A stretch of 64,000 nucleotides of DNA from Eledone cirrhosa (lineage: Eukaryota), in NCBI GenBank assembly GCA_964016885.1, contig OZ024747.1, forward strand, positions 72,230,001-72,294,000. Direction: 5' to 3'. Within the stretch, counting starts at the first letter, position 1. Every line of letters begins with the position of its first letter. The notes below the pieces were generated by a model that was given only the letters and a program-made list of their open reading frames with translations, ran no database searches and was not told the DNA's origin. Positions 1-14,571 of this stretch are shown piece after piece. The position numbers were made by a program, and so were the translations under genes.

Positions 1-2306
1 TAGAGTCTATCGACATCACTCCTCTTGTGGAACATGTTGTAGATAGTCAATAGCCTCCTAGTCTTCCTATCCATTTCTTTTTGTTCAGCAACATTCCATC
101 TCAGAATTCCCGCACTGTACCTAATAATAGACACAGCTCGGGAATTTACTGCGCTTATGGCATTTCTGCTGTTCAGATGTGACTTCAATACGCTCCTTAC
201 TCTCCGAATGTATTCAGTTCTTAACAATTCCTTCATTTTTTTGTTCTTTATGCCATCAGCCTCCAGAACGCCCAAATACTTGTATCCTTCCTCAGAGTCA
301 ATTTCCTTTATCATCTCACCTGTTGGTATCTGGATTCCGTTACTTCTGCTCAACCTACCCCTCCTCATCACAATGACTCCACACTTACTAATACCAAACT
401 GCATACATATATCACTGCTGAAAATACGGACAGTGTCAACAAGCACATCCAACTCCTTCTCACTCTTCCCGAAGAGCTTAAGATCGTCCATGAAGAGGAG
501 GTGATTGATGGTAAGCTCTCCCTTTCCCAACTTGTATCCTGCTCTCACTTTTCGCAGCATAATGGTCAAGGGCATCAGGGCAAGGACAAACAACAGAGGG
601 GACAGGCTATCTCCCTGGAAGATACCTCTCTTGATTTTCACGCTTCCCAAGGATTCTCCAGTTGATGTCAACTCTGTCTCCCAGGACCCCATACTCCTGC
701 CCAGCAACTGTCTGATGTTATCTGCCACCTTGAAGATCTCCAGGCTTTTGGTGATCCAAAAATGAGGCACCATGTCAAATGCCTTTCTGTAGTCTATCCA
801 TCCCATGGCAAGATCAGTGTGTCTCCTCCTGCAATTCCCCATTACCATCTTATCAATAAGTAACTGGTCCTTTGTACCACGTGACTTCTTTCGGCATCCT
901 TTCTGTTCGTCCGGTAACAAGTTGTTTGTGTGGAGGTGATGGTAGATTTCCTCAGACACAATGCTCGTCAACAGTTTCCACATTACGGACAGACATGTGA
1001 TAGGTCTATAGTTGGTAACATCATTACCCTTGATTCGGTCTTTCATTATCAGAACTGTGGTACCTTTTGTCAACCACTCTGGCACCTCACCCGACACCAA
1101 GTAGTCATTGAACATGGCCGTCAGTTTCGGGTGGAGGGATGTTAAATTTTTAATCCAATACCCCTGCACACCATCTGGGCCTGGTGATTTCCAGTTGGTT
1201 AGTTTTTTGGCCTGCCCCTTAAGAGTTTCAACTGTGATACTCAAATCAGTTTGTTGGTGTGCCTGCTCACCGATCTCCCTCTGTACTGTCTCAATCCACC
1301 CTGCCTGGTCATTATGTCTAACATCCTGCTCCCATATTCCTCTCCAGAATGTTTTAGTTTGTTCCGCCTCAGGGATCAAGTCGTTGCCTCTTTCTTTCCC
1401 CTCAAGCTGTCCAAACAGCATCTTCTGGTTGTTGTCGAACATGCGGTTCTGTTTATACTGACTGACTCTGTTCTCGTATCGCCTGATTTTTGCACTCTTT
1501 GCTACAATGCGTTGCTTCAGTTCCTCTATGATAATATTTAGCTTTTTCCTCCTAGTTTTGTACTTTATTTCCAGTCTATTTTTAGTGCCTATGTTTTTTA
1601 GTGTCCCATTCAGTAGTGACTCAAGCTTTCCTATGTCATTTCTCATTTCCTTGATTTGACCACTCAGTCGTTTCTTCCACCAAGGCTCTGCTCTTTCTTG
1701 TCTGTTGTTTCCTCTCACTTTTATACCAAGTAGTTTCCTCACCGTATTTGCTGTTGCTTTGAGGATATTGTTGCACTGGTGAAGGCTCCTCGCCTCAAGG
1801 TATGGGATGACTTTGTTTACCTTAGCTGTTGTTTCTTTTAACTTTTTCCTGTCTACAAATCTTAGGTTCATAGGTCTCCCACTATCATTGTTCAATCCAT
1901 CTACCACTAAATTTAGGATGTCAACCGAATCTTGTCCTAGCCCGTCAGCATTCATCTCCTCAGTGGCCGTATCTCTGTTCCAGGTATTATTTATCTCAGT
2001 ATTCAGATCATTGTCTGCTTCGGGTGGTTCCTCCGTTCTCTCGACCTCTTCACCTTCATTTCCCACTGGCTCGTTTGTCTGGCATACTACACCGTCCATC
2101 TCCAAGCTATTCTCTCTGCTCAGTTCCTCCAGTTCCAGCTCGCTTATCCACCCATTAGTTCTTATTACCCGAGCCTGCCCGGCCAATTTTTGTTCATCTA
2201 ATTTAAATAGACCAATCTCGTTCCAGATGTTATGCATCCGTCTCCTATAGCCCCTCTCCTTGGGGTTACTTTTCAGGTAACATTGCATAACAGTTCTATT
2301 CAATTC
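1..2306 (-). mobile_element. R4/Dong-clade non-LTR retrotransposon, N-terminal region and RT (disrupted, runs off the window start)
   Basis: Minus-strand translation gives WIDYRKAFDMVPH (~765-800), RGIFQGDSLSPLLF (~590-630), INHLLFMDDLKLF (~470-510) and DRKTRRLLTIYNMFHKRSDVDRL (1-72). It has stops and frameshifts, and its 5' end abuts (TAA)n at 2307-2346. Confidence 0.88.

Positions 2307-2346
<40 letters not shown>
2307..2346. repeat. (ATT)n microsatellite between the Dong and Tx1 elements
   Basis: About 13 ATT units read directly. Confidence 0.95.
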
Positions 2347-2555
2347 GGCGACCTACGTAGTAAATCGTATCATCGTGAGCTCCGCAAAGGTTTGTTATTT
2401 CCGTTTGTTAAAAATTGCCATTTATGGAAAATTTTTATTGTTAACCATATATAAGCGCACATACATTGTTTTCCGAAAAGGACACCCAAAAAGATTGGGG
2501 CCTTGTGCCCAAAATTTAAACTTTTATGATTATCAAAAAATTTCTTTGAAAAAAA

Positions 2556-4516
2556 ATGGCTAATTCACCTCTGCACCAAACAGCTGAAAGCCTTTCTCAC
2601 AAATTAACACCTCACACCGACACCACCATTGTAGATGTTACTACGTTTGCCAACACTACAAAAAGTATAAGCAGTAGCAATATTTTAAATTTGTCTCAGG
2701 CAGACATTCATTTCCCGCCATTACCAATGACTGCAGGTGTTAAAGCCTCCACCACCACCACCACCACCGCGACAACCCCCCACCACCCCCACGACAACAG
2801 AAACAAAAGAAGAAAAAAATAAATTAACTCCTGATGTCGAAATGAAATCAAGCAAAATGGACTCTTCCCCACCAAAGACGACTGACGTCACCACCACCAC
2901 AACTGAAACTAAAATTAATATTAACACAAATAACGATAGCAACAACAACAACAATGACATTATAAAAACCACCCTCAGTTTTGCCAGAGTAGCAAAACAG
3001 TTCGAAGCATTTACGGTAACTCAGGAGGATTTAGAAAATGCCAAACAAATGGTAAAGAAAGATGGGTACAGGGTCAGCCTCACCCCCTACCTAATAAAAT
3101 GGAGCATCGGCGCCTATGCACCGTGTCGTATCGAACAATAAATGTAAAATCGCGCCGAGTGGAACGGGCATCCGAGTCCCAAATCCAAAAAGCTTTGGGA
3201 CATGTGTGGGCAAGAAAAACCCACATCAGACGTGGGCAGAAGTATGGAACCGTGGACGTGTTCTTTGAAACACCAGAGGAGGCTAGAGAACACTCCATGG
3301 CCCCATTAAGAAGTGACGACTTCACACTCGCCCCAAGCTATTGTGGCCAGAGACTCGTAAAGATCAGGGTGACCCACGTTCCACCGGCCATCGAAATTCC
3401 CTGGCTAATAGCGGCCGCCCTCGCCAGCATCGAAGCCAACACAAAAATAATAGCAATAGCAAAAGAAAAGCAGGAGAACTGGCCCGAAGCGGACCAAAAA
3501 AGCATCGAGGAGATCCCAGAGGTAATAGACCTCACTGACGGCAGCCACCTCACGGTAATTGTCGAGGGCAGAAGACCTAGGTGTGTCGTTTGTGGTGAAG
3601 GAACCCACCTAAGGGCTTTCTGCCCTCAGGCTAAAAGGTTGAGGCCACCTCTCCTACCCACCCCAGTGACACAACCATCAACACCACCAGTAGCAGAGAT
3701 GGCAGCAACAACTGTAGCAGCAACAACAGAAGCAACTATAACAGCAACAACCCCAGCAAAGTAGCAAAACCAACACCACCACCACCACCAGCAAAACCAA
3801 CACCACCACCACCCAACACTTCAGAACTAGCACCAGCGCCTACACCATCCACCACGCCACAAGCAAAACTAACGCCTGTGGAGGATTTTCCACTCCACGG
3901 CCTATCACAACTGGAGACAGATTGTGACGACGAGGAGTGGGAAACGATATCCGGGAAAAAAAAAAGAAACCAAAAAAGAAAAAATTCTCTTCCTTCCCCC
4001 TCCAAAAACAAAATACAGAGGGAAACAAATAAATTAAGAAACAAAAAAGTTAGGACAGATATGCCACCATCCACACCAGCATCACCAACCCCATCAACCC
4101 AAACACCAACACCATCACCATCATTAACCCCAACACCACCATCACCTACACCACAAAAGTCACCAAAATGCGAAACAGAAACAAACCCATAACAAACGCA
4201 AACAAAACAAAACAACCAAAACGATACACACTACACAGCATTAAATTTGAACAACAAACAATTATTACACTACATCCAACACAACACAAGCATCACAGAA
4301 AAAGACTACACAACAACCCCCAAATTCACACCACCTCCACACATACAAATCACTCGCATCACACAGAAAACGTACATGACACTAAAAAAAAATTCCCCAA
4401 AGACATCGGAGACTTCCGACAAGCACTCTCCAGGAGGATTTATAAGGACATCCTTCCTGAGGAGGCCAAAAGCAGTGAAAAGGATGGAAAAACCGTCCTT
4501 CCCCTACGAGAAGTAA
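2556..4516 (+). pseudogene. Tx1 ORF1 (gag-like RNA-binding protein), split by frameshifts
   Basis: Overlapping ORFs 2556-2822, 2737-3141, 3099-3764 and 3878-4192. CCHC knuckle CVVCGEGTHLRAFC after TVIVEGRRPR; Pro/Thr-rich and basic tails. Confidence 0.75.
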
Positions 4517-4555
4517 GGTAAGTGGTCTTTCCCATCTTTTCCACTCCTTTTCAAC

Positions 4556-7500
4556 ATGACCTCACTCAGAATAGGCAGCATAAATGCGCGTGGCTTGGGG
4601 TCGTCATGGAAGCAGGGCCACCTGCTCAACGACCTCAGGTCACTAAACATAGATGTAGTGGCCATCAGCGAGACCAGAATCTCCGAAGCACAGGCTTTCG
4701 CACCGATCTTCGGCGGCTACGATGTGTACGCATCTCCCAGCCGTCCGGGATCGGGGGGAGAAGTTGCTGTGCTTTTTCGGAGAGGTTTGGATCTTGCCAT
4801 ACGGGCCATCTTCCTGGACCCAGAAGGTAAGTTGGTGGTGCTGGAAGTGACCAGCGGAGACGGGCAAGCTTTCAGGTTAGTGGCCGTCTATGCCCCGACA
4901 GGAGCAGGGCGGCCTGATTTCTTCCGGCGTCTGGAGACCTTTCTTGGAACGTCCCGCTCTTTAGTGTTAGTGGGCGACTGGAACGGGATCTTAGATGCAC
5001 GCTGGGATTGTGTGGGATTAGTGGATAGGGAAGGAGGGTGCAAGAGTCTCACCAACCTGCTCAGACGTTTTGAACTGTCTGACAGGTACCGAATGGATTT
5101 CCCGAATGTACCAATGTGGACTTGGACAAATCGCATAGGGTCATCCAGATCATATCTAGATAGAGTATTTTGTAGGGAAATAGATAGGTCTAGCATAGGC
5201 TGTCCACAATTCAAGATAGTCAGCTACACGGACCACAAATTCGTGATCTGTGTGCTTGACTTAGATAGGCTTCATAGACGAGGACCCGGCTACTGGAAGC
5301 TAAACGCGTCCTTACCAGCGCGCAAGGCCTACAGAGACCGGATTAGCGAACTAGTTAAGCGGACGTTGACGGGGGCCATCGTCAACAACAAGTGGTGGTT
5401 TGCTCTGAAAAGAGCAATTAGAATAGAGTCCATTAGGTTTAGTAAGACTTTAGCAATAGAGAAAAATAGAGCAGAGGGAGAATTAGTTAGAAAATTAGAC
5501 GAGGCGCTTAGCAAAGGCATCGCGATCGACGTACTTGCGGCGAAATTGGCCCTTGACCAATTCTTCAATGCAAAGCACGAAGGCTGCGTTGTCAGAGCTA
5601 GGGTGCGTGCTCTCAGACACGAGGGGACGAAAGCCGTTCAATGGGCCCGAGTGGCGGAGGCGCGTCGTGGCAACAAAGCCACGATCCGGTCTTTGGTGGA
5701 CCACGACGGGCGCAGCTACTCGATCCCGGGCAAATGTGTGAAGCTTTTCAGCGACACTTCGCTCAACTGTTCGGGGGCAGTGGCGGGCCGGATCGAGGGA
5801 TGGACTTTAGTGTCTACCTCGACGGACTGCCGCGGCTTTCGGCCACTGAGGCGGAGTGTTGCGAAAAGCCGATAACAACCGCTGAAGTACGGGATGCAAT
5901 GACTAGTTGCACAAGGGGTAAATCGCCTGGTTTGGATGGTCTGCCCTATGAACTTTACGTACAAATGCCAGACTTGTTCGGAGGCCTCTTGGCGGACGTC
6001 TACTGCAACTGGCAACAGAACGGGAGAATTCCCAGCTCTGTGAGCCGAGGTGCGGTGGCGCTGCTGAGAAAGGATCCGAACAAGGGGGATAACATAGACA
6101 ATTTTAGGCCCATAACTCTGCTAAACACAGAGTTCAAGATTTTGGCCAAGATGCTAGCAAAGAGGTTGGCGCTTGTCGTTGGTGGTCTGGTGGGAGAGGC
6201 ACAGACATGCGCCATTCCCGACAGATTCATCCACGACAACCTCCACCTCATGCGATACATCGTAGAGAGGGTAGCTAGGGAACCTGGCACGGGTGGGTCT
6301 TTGATCAATTTAGATCAGTCGAAAGCCTTCGATAGGGTCGACCATCGTTACCTAGCGGCAGTCCTGAGGGCGGCTGGCTTTGGGCCCGTCTTCAGAGGCT
6401 GGATCGCTGCCATGCACAGCGACATCTGCTCTGTAGTGAGAGTGAACGGTCACCTTTCGGAACCGTTCAACATCATGCGCTCGGTCCGCCAAGGATGTCC
6501 CCTCTCGCCCCTATTGTACGTATTGACTCTCGAGCCATTACTACACAAACTGGAGACGTTGAGGGGGGTCCCGCGCGAACTAGGATGCGGAAGATCCGTG
6601 TCAGCATATGCCGACGATATCACCGTAGTGGTGTTGAACGCCAAACACATCGAGGCGATCGGCACTACACTAAGAGAATACGAAGCGGTGGCAGGAGCAA
6701 TGATCAACCAGGAAAAGTCAGTGGGTCTGCAGCTCGGCACCTGGAGAGGCAGGTCCATGCCGTCCAACAGCGTCGTCGGGCGCTGGACGGACCGGTTAAA
6801 TTGCTAGGGGTCTGGTTCGGTCCAGACCTCAGACGGACAAAAACTGGGACGAGGTGACGAGCAGGGTGGCTTCTCTCACCCAGAAATGGGCCGAGAGGAA
6901 GCTATCCCTGATAGGTCGAGCGGAGGTGGCGAATGCGTACATCGCATCCGTCATGTACTACCGCCTGACCGTCGTACCTTGTCCTAAGCCCCGCCTGACT
7001 GCGCTGGAGCGTTTGCTCTTTCGCTTCTTGTGGAAGGGACGCGCTCCGATGGTCAGGCGGTCCATATGCTGTCAACACCCGCTACGTGGAGGGCTGGGCA
7101 TGCCGTGGCTGATGATGCGCAGACACGCGCTCAGGCTACGACATCTCCACCTCTTCCTCGACGGTGATCAGGTGTGGTCGCCGTTTGCTAGACACGTTTT
7201 TCCCCAGCTCGTCTCCTTGACGGAGCTGCAGTCCTGGGTCAAGCGAAGACCGAGAGGGAGCGCTTGGAGACTGGAATGTCTTCAGGCGCTCACATCCCTC
7301 GACCAATCGGGCAATGTGATCGGTGGAAACTCCACCTTGGCGTTCTATAGGGGATTAGTGGAGGGGAAGAGCGACGACGTACTTGGAGAAACTCTAGGCG
7401 TCGACGAAAATCAACTAGCCAATCTCTTCGGAAGGACTTTCGGGCCAGGGCCTATGGACAACTTCCAGAAATCCCTGGCCTGGCAGTGCTACCGGGGAGC

Positions 7501-7969
7501 TTTGCCAGTTCGGGATAAACTCTACAGGCATGGAGGTGCCGTCAGCCGGGCATGTCCGAGATGCGCACAGGGCGACGAAACCGTCCTGCACGCACTCGTC
7601 CAGTGTCCGAGCATTGCTGACTTGTGGGTTTATCTCGAACACCTGCTGTCACGTGTAGGATGGATCCAGCTATCAGCTGAGTCCATCGTGAGGATTGCCC
7701 CGCCCTCTTCCTTTAGCCGGGAAGGGCAGGCAGTTTTTATCTGTCTGGTGGCCATGGCGAAAGAGATAGTATGGTGGACACGTTTGAAAGGGCTGAAGAC
7801 GAGCACTTACCTCTTCGGTGATGCCCTGATTAACTTTTTCAAATTTCATTTGAAAAGGAAAATCAGGGTAGAGAGGGAAATGCTCTCTTCCCAGCATTTT
7901 GTTGAAAGATGGGTGAGAGAAGCAAGTATGGCCCGAATGAATGGGCCTTCTCTGAGTATGTGTCTGTAA
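4556..7969 (+). pseudogene. Tx1 ORF2: AP endonuclease, reverse transcriptase and zf-RVT, with two frameshifts (~5715, ~6795)
   Basis: SINARGL/ISET/VGDWN/YLDRV/TDH (APE); KSPGLDG, FRPITLLN, KAFDRVDH, QGCPLSP, AYADD (RT); CPRC..ETVLHALVQC. Confidence 0.93.
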
Positions 7970-8230
7970 ATTAAGGGTGGAAAACTGGGAGAGGGCACTT
8001 GCCCTGGTGGTCAGGGTCACTGTGGTCTTTTAATGGGCTTTCTCCACAAATGTCCCTCGGAAGTCTCCCCCCTATTGGGGAATTTTTCTTTGTTATTTTA
8101 TTTCATCCTCTGTTTTTTACACGCAGAAATGCCCATTTGTACCGTCCTGTATTGTCCTGTACTGTCCTTAATGTCTACTTTATGTAAACCCTTGTGGTTA
8201 ATAAAGAAAACATTATTATTATTATTATTA

Positions 8231-8509
8231 CAGTTGCATTTATCTTGCTTTATGTTCATACGAGTTATCACCGAGTCACAACCAGTGACCTCAAGAGACA
8301 ACAAGGTCCGCCATGTTCAAGGAAGAACATACATACTCACACATGCATCTTTAGTGTTTAGACTTGTGATGTACTTATATTGACAGAATCTTCCTTAGTA
8401 TATGGGCAGTTCCCATTAGTGCTATATTTTGTATTTCTCCTATACGCGGGTTTCCTGGGATCTGCGATAAGTAATCATTAGACCCCTTAGGTATCATTCC
8501 CAGAGCGCC

Positions 8510-8510
<1 letters not shown>
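8231..8510 (-). mobile_element. 5'-truncated 3' end of an R4/Dong element
   Basis: IGALGMIPKG...IQNIALMGTAHILRKILSI* is the typical Dong C-terminus. It is followed by a ~140-nt UTR and a (TAA)n tail, with (TAA)n also at the 5' side. Confidence 0.85.
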
Positions 8511-8549
<39 letters not shown>

Positions 8550-8778
8550 TTCACCAAGGGCGGGAGAATTGGACTAAATGCATCCGGTATATAATTACTT
8601 TCATTTGTGTGGAAGAGGATGTGGTAAGTAAAATACATAAGTACCAGTCAAATACTATGGTTAATATACGTCTGTATATATGTTAAATATTTCCCAAGGA
8701 AAAGCAAAGGAAAAAAGAGTGCTCTATGTGTAAAACTGAGCTGTTTGATTAGTAAGTGAACAGCTCAATTGATAACTA

Positions 8779-8846
8779 CTCCATTACCAAAGGTTTCAGC
8801 ACCCTAGACAATATTAACATACGTCTAGTTCGCTCATCAGCCAGAG
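8779..8846 (-). ncRNA. Hammerhead-like motif (imperfect stem I)
   Basis: CTGATGA-gc..ctagac..gtctag..gct-GAAA-cc ttt gg-TA. The core is mutated in the mirror copy at ~9943. Confidence 0.5.
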
Positions 8847-8847
8847 G

Positions 8848-8929
<82 letters not shown>

Positions 8930-8930
8930 T

Positions 8931-8981
8931 AGTTTCAGAAGATCCCGTTAAGGGTGAAAGCAGCGATTCTTTGCTTAAACT
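8931..8981 (+). ncRNA. Type-I hammerhead ribozyme, CAGAAGA core variant
   Basis: AGTTT-CAGAAGA-T CCC gttaa GGG T-GAA-AGCA..TGCT-T-AAACT. Stems I, II and III all pair. Confidence 0.65.
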
Positions 8982-9077
8982 TTAATCTGTTATTTGCTCT
9001 ACGGTTTTTATATATTTGATATATATTTATCCTTTGGATTTTAGTCTTCAAATTTATTATTATTACTATATATATAT

Positions 9078-9156
<79 letters not shown>

Positions 9157-9194
9157 TATATATATAAATATATATATATAAATATATATATATA

Positions 9195-9744
<550 letters not shown>

Positions 9745-9745
9745 A

Positions 9746-9935
<190 letters not shown>

Positions 9936-10265
9936 CCTCTGGCCTATGAGCGAACTAGACGTATGTTAATATTGTCTAGGGTGCTGAAACCTTTGGTAAT
10001 GGAGTAGTTATCAATTGAGCTGTTCACTTACTAATCAAACAGCTCAGTTTTACACATAGAGCACTCTTTTTTCCTTTGCTTTTCCTTGGGAAATATTTAA
10101 CATATATACAGACGTATATTAACCATAGTATTTGACTGGTACTTATGTATTTTACTTACCACATCCTCTTCTACACAAATGAAAGTAATTATATACCGGA
10201 TGCATTTAGTCCAATTCTCCCGCCCTTGGTGAAAATAATAATAATAATAATAATAATAATAATTA

Positions 10266-10365
10266 TTATTTCTTTATTGGCTATAAGGGCTGACATCAAG
10301 AAAAACATTACAGACGGCACAGGACAGTACAGGACGGTACGATGTGGGTTTTGTGCGTGTAAATT
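10266..10365 (-). mobile_element. 3' terminal fragment of a related Tx1 element
   Basis: The reverse complement resembles 8110-8211 (acacgca...gtaccgtcctgtactgtcctgt...aataaagaaa) and runs into (ATT)n. Confidence 0.8.
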
Positions 10366-10860
10366 TTTTTATTATTTATATATAATTGATTGTCACTACT
10401 CACCCTTACAGAAATATGGCAATAATGATTACGACTGATTACGTAATAATTATTATAACTAATAATTATATATTTCTTTTTTGCTTCTCACACCATATTT
10501 AATACCCCCCTCCTCCAACTCCCCTCATACTTTTCCTCCTCATCCCCCCATTCCTCCCCCTCTCCCCCTCTTATTGTTCCTCTTCCGGCATCTTAATTTA
10601 TTCTTCGTTTTCTTCTTATTCCAAATTCTTCGTTTCTGATTTTGTTTTGTTTTGTTTTCATGTTTTCTTTTCATCCCCCCTCCTCACTCTTCTTCTCCCC
10701 CTCCCCCTCCGCCTTCCCCCACTTCACCTACCACCACCAACATTGCTCCCTCCCCACCCCACAATGGAATGTGTTGTCGTCTGTTGCAGTGAATATATTT
10801 ATTACTATAACATTTTCATTTATTGTTGGAACTGGGACATTAACGGATATTGGAGGTACT

Positions 10861-10900
<40 letters not shown>

Positions 10901-11793
10901 CGAGAGAGTGAGCGTGAGAGTGAGAGAGGGTGGGAGAGAGTGAGAGAGAGAGAGGGGGTGAGAAGGAAAGCGGGAGAGAGTGAGGGGAGTAGAAAAGGAG
11001 ATGGAGATGGTAGTGGTTTGTGTTTAGGGGCATTCGATAATGTATAGGCGTATCTATTTAAGTATTGTCTATGTATGTATGTATGTATGTATATGTGTGT
11101 GTGTGTGTGTGTGTGCTTGTGTGCGTGTTGTATTTGTTTTGCAAGATTCTTGTAAAATCACATGTTAAAACGTTATACTAAAAATAATTATACTTTGGGA
11201 GGGTCATGTTACCAATAAAACCACACGCATTAGATGTGTTTTTCACTTCAGTTTTATTTTTAGTCAGGTAACTGATCCATTTCTCGGTTAGTTTAGTCTC
11301 CGGGTGGTTATTTAATTGTCATGTTTAATTGTCTTGTCTTTGTCAAAATGGAGTAAATAAAACAAGATCAAAACAAAGGAAACACAAAAGAATCATTAAA
11401 AATGTCACATTTTATACTTGTTTATTACGAAACGTAATTTTTCTCACAGTGTTTTCTACATATGTTTCATCGCCTAATAAGCAATTAATTCATGTCTTGA
11501 AACCACTATCATCAATTGTTGATACGCTGAAATAATCCTTGGTACAGATTACTCGTAAGTTGAGTTGAGGTAACGAGTTTAGGTAACGAGTTACGAGTAA
11601 TCTCTACCGAGGATTATTTCAACGTATCAACTATTCAACACAGAACTCCAGGTTCATCGGCCGTTGAGATGGACCTTGGCAGTTTCGATCCCTGCCAATG
11701 TATGTGTGTATATGTATATGTATATATATATATTTCGTTTCTGAATTTGTTTAGCAAGATTCTTTATCTGAAAACGTGTGTTGAAACCGATAT

Positions 11794-11957
11794 TGTTATG
11801 CTTTGGGAGGGTCATGTTGCCAATAAGAAACACACGCACCAGTTGCTTTCACTCCAATTTATTATAAATTAAATTTATAAATTTAATTTATAATAAATTG
11901 GAGTAAAAGCAACTGGTGCGTGTGTTTCTTATTGGCAACATGACCCTCCCAAAGCAT

Positions 11958-11961
<4 letters not shown>
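11794..11961. repeat. 168-bp spacerless palindrome abutting (TA)n; probable PLE terminal fragment
   Basis: 84-bp arms with one mismatch, centre at 11877/11878. Related single copies at ~11190-11260 and ~35900-35972. Confidence 0.85.
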
Positions 11962-12020
<59 letters not shown>

Positions 12021-12367
12021 TTGTGCGTGCGTGCGTGCGTGTGTGCGTGTGTGTACGTGTGTGTGAGAGAGTATATGTGTGAGTTTGAGAGTGTATGTAT
12101 GTATGTGTGTGTATATGTGTGTGTATGTGTGTATATGTGTAAGTTTGAGAGTGTATGTGTCTATGTGTGTGTGTATGTGTGTGTATATGTGTGTGTATAT
12201 GTGTGTGTATGTGTGTATATGTGTGACTGTGTATGAAGGTGAAAGATAGAGATAGAGATAGAGAGAGATACAATAGGGTTGTAAGTTATTCCACTTTGGT
12301 AAATAGATTTAATACCATCCTGCTAATTAGGGTGGATTATGGGTGTGGAAGGTTCTGGAGTGATGTA

Positions 12368-13081
12368 ACAATGACGACAACAGCCATGACAACAACAACG
12401 ACGACGACAACATCGACAACAACAACGACGATAACAACGACGACGACGACGACAACGACGACAACATCGACAACAACAACGACAACAACAACGACGATAA
12501 CAACGACGACGACGACGACAACGACGACAACATCGACAACGACAACAACATCGACAACAACAACGACAACAACAACGACGATAACAACGACGATAACAAC
12601 GACGACGACGACGACAACGACGACAACATCGACAACAACAACAACGACGACAACATCGACGACGACAACAACAACAACGACAACGACGACAACATCGACA
12701 ACGACAACAACATCGACAACAACAACGACGACAACATCGACGACGACAACAACAACAACGACAACGACAACGACGACAACATCGACAACGACAACAACAT
12801 CGACAACAACAACGACGACATCGACGACGACAACAACAACAACAACGACAACAACAACAACGACAACGACAACAACATCGACAACAACAACAACGACAAC
12901 AACAACAACGACAACGACAACAACAACAACGACAACAACAACAACAACAACAACAACAACAGCAACATCAACAGCAACATCAACATCAACATCAACAACA
13001 ACAACAACATCAATAACAACAACTACAACAACAACAACAACAACATCATCATCATCAACAACAACAACAACAACAACAACA
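12368..13081 (+). repeat. Compound (ACA/ACG/TCG)n trinucleotide array
   Basis: Read directly; it generates the poly-Thr and poly-Leu ORFs. Confidence 0.95.
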
Positions 13082-13184
13082 GAACGCCTCCAAAGGTTAT
13101 GGATACTTTCCTCCTAAACCTAACAAACTAGAAGAAAAATGAAAAATAAAGCTAAAACAAAATAAAACATTTATATATATCTAT

Positions 13185-14222
13185 CTAAGGCGGGTAAAAT
13201 TCCTGAGATCCATGGACGAGTTCTCTCCAGCGGTCTCTGTCCCTCATTATCGCTGCCATGTCCTGTTTCTCCAACAGACCAGTGTCTGTCCTTAGGGCAT
13301 CAACATACGTTAACCTTGGTCTTCCTCTTCTAGTGTGTCCATGTAGGGGCTCCCACAGGAGCACTGAGTGCAATGTCAACTCTGGATGTCGGTGAGCATG
13401 TCCAGCTAACCTCAGTCTCCTCTGTGTCATTTTTGAGCTGACTTTTGGGAGGCTCCCATACAGCTCTGAGTTTTTCATCCTCAGTGTATACTGATTAATG
13501 TTCAGAGCCATCCTCAGCATTCTCGTGTAGCACCCATCCACCATCTGAGTGAGTTTCTTGGTCAGTGTCCAAGTCTCAGACCCATACAGCAGCACAGACT
13601 CGACTACAGCAATGAAGAGGCGGATTTTCAGGTCTTTACGAAGGTCCGACTTCCACACCGATCTCAAGCTGTGGCACGCCGCCCAGGCTTTCCTCTTCCT
13701 CTCAACCACATCATCTTCCGTATTCCCAATCTTTGCTCCCAAATACAGGAAGCCCTCAACCAATTCTAGCGGCTTCCCGCCTACATTAGTGATCCCCTCT
13801 GGCTTCTCAACATTCTCTACCAGATATTTTGTTTTAGTTTCATTCATTCTCAGCCCCACACTCATCGACACAGTCTCAACCTCCCGCATCAAATCCTCTG
13901 CCTCCTTCACTGTATTTGTCACCAAAACTATGTCGTCGGCAAATTCAGCATCCGATACCTTTTTCGCCTTAACTCTCCTGCTCTGAGCCGGTGCTACAGT
14001 AAAGCCAGAGTCTTGGTGTTTCTCCAGTGCAAGGCGCATACAATAGTCCACTACGATGATAAAAAGGTAGGGAGCCAATGTATCTCCCTGGAGCACTCCA
14101 GCCAGTATCTCAAAGAACTCTGTCATCCCATCAGGTGTAATGACTTGGGCTTTGGTGTTGGTGTAGAGCAGTGATATCAGGTCCACTATCTTCTTGGGGA
14201 TTCCATAAGCCTGTAAGATCTT
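13185..14222 (-). mobile_element. 5'-truncated RTE-clade LINE (RT C-terminal half)
   Basis: 333-aa ORF with GVLQGDTLAPYLF, FADDI, VLLYGSETW, RRLRLAGH and RGRPR. Confidence 0.92.
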
Positions 14223-14235
14223 CTTGTGTCTTCTA

Positions 14236-14400
14236 ATGTCCTGGGTATGACATTAAACTACATCCAGTGGCAAGGCTCCAGTTCGGGAGTTCAAGAGTTG
14301 TGGGGAATGTGTAGTTACTCCTTAGTTGTCATAACTCCCAGGTCTGCCCTGGCCCGGAGTAGTAGTACCTGTTAGGGCTCCATTTATGGGTTAAATAACT
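14236..14400 (+). mobile_element. SINE-like dispersed repeat fragment
   Basis: gtcctgggtatgacattaaac...ctcccaggt...ggcccggagtagtagtacctg resembles a repeat I recall from octopus genomes; not verified by search. Confidence 0.55.
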
Positions 14401-14457
14401 ACCTTATTCGAGTGGCGCCGGTAAGGTATTGTCAGCCAAGAAATATGGAGAGTCGAT

Positions 14458-14571
<114 letters not shown>

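Larger units (their letters stand above)
2347..8211 (+). mobile_element. Near full-length Tx1/L1-clade LINE (ORF1 plus APE-RT-zinc finger ORF2), frameshifted
   Basis: Two-ORF layout, 3' UTR with AATAAA at 8200, and (ATT)n on both sides. Confidence 0.92.

Noticed and set aside
11625-11670. Hammerhead-like CCGATGA...GAAT on the minus strand
   Set aside because: GAAA is altered, stems II and III are weak, and stem I needs a bulge.
12233-13117. 294-aa mucin-like Thr-rich ORF
   Set aside because: It is a translation of an ACA/ACG microsatellite, with no signal peptide or domain and no exon evidence.
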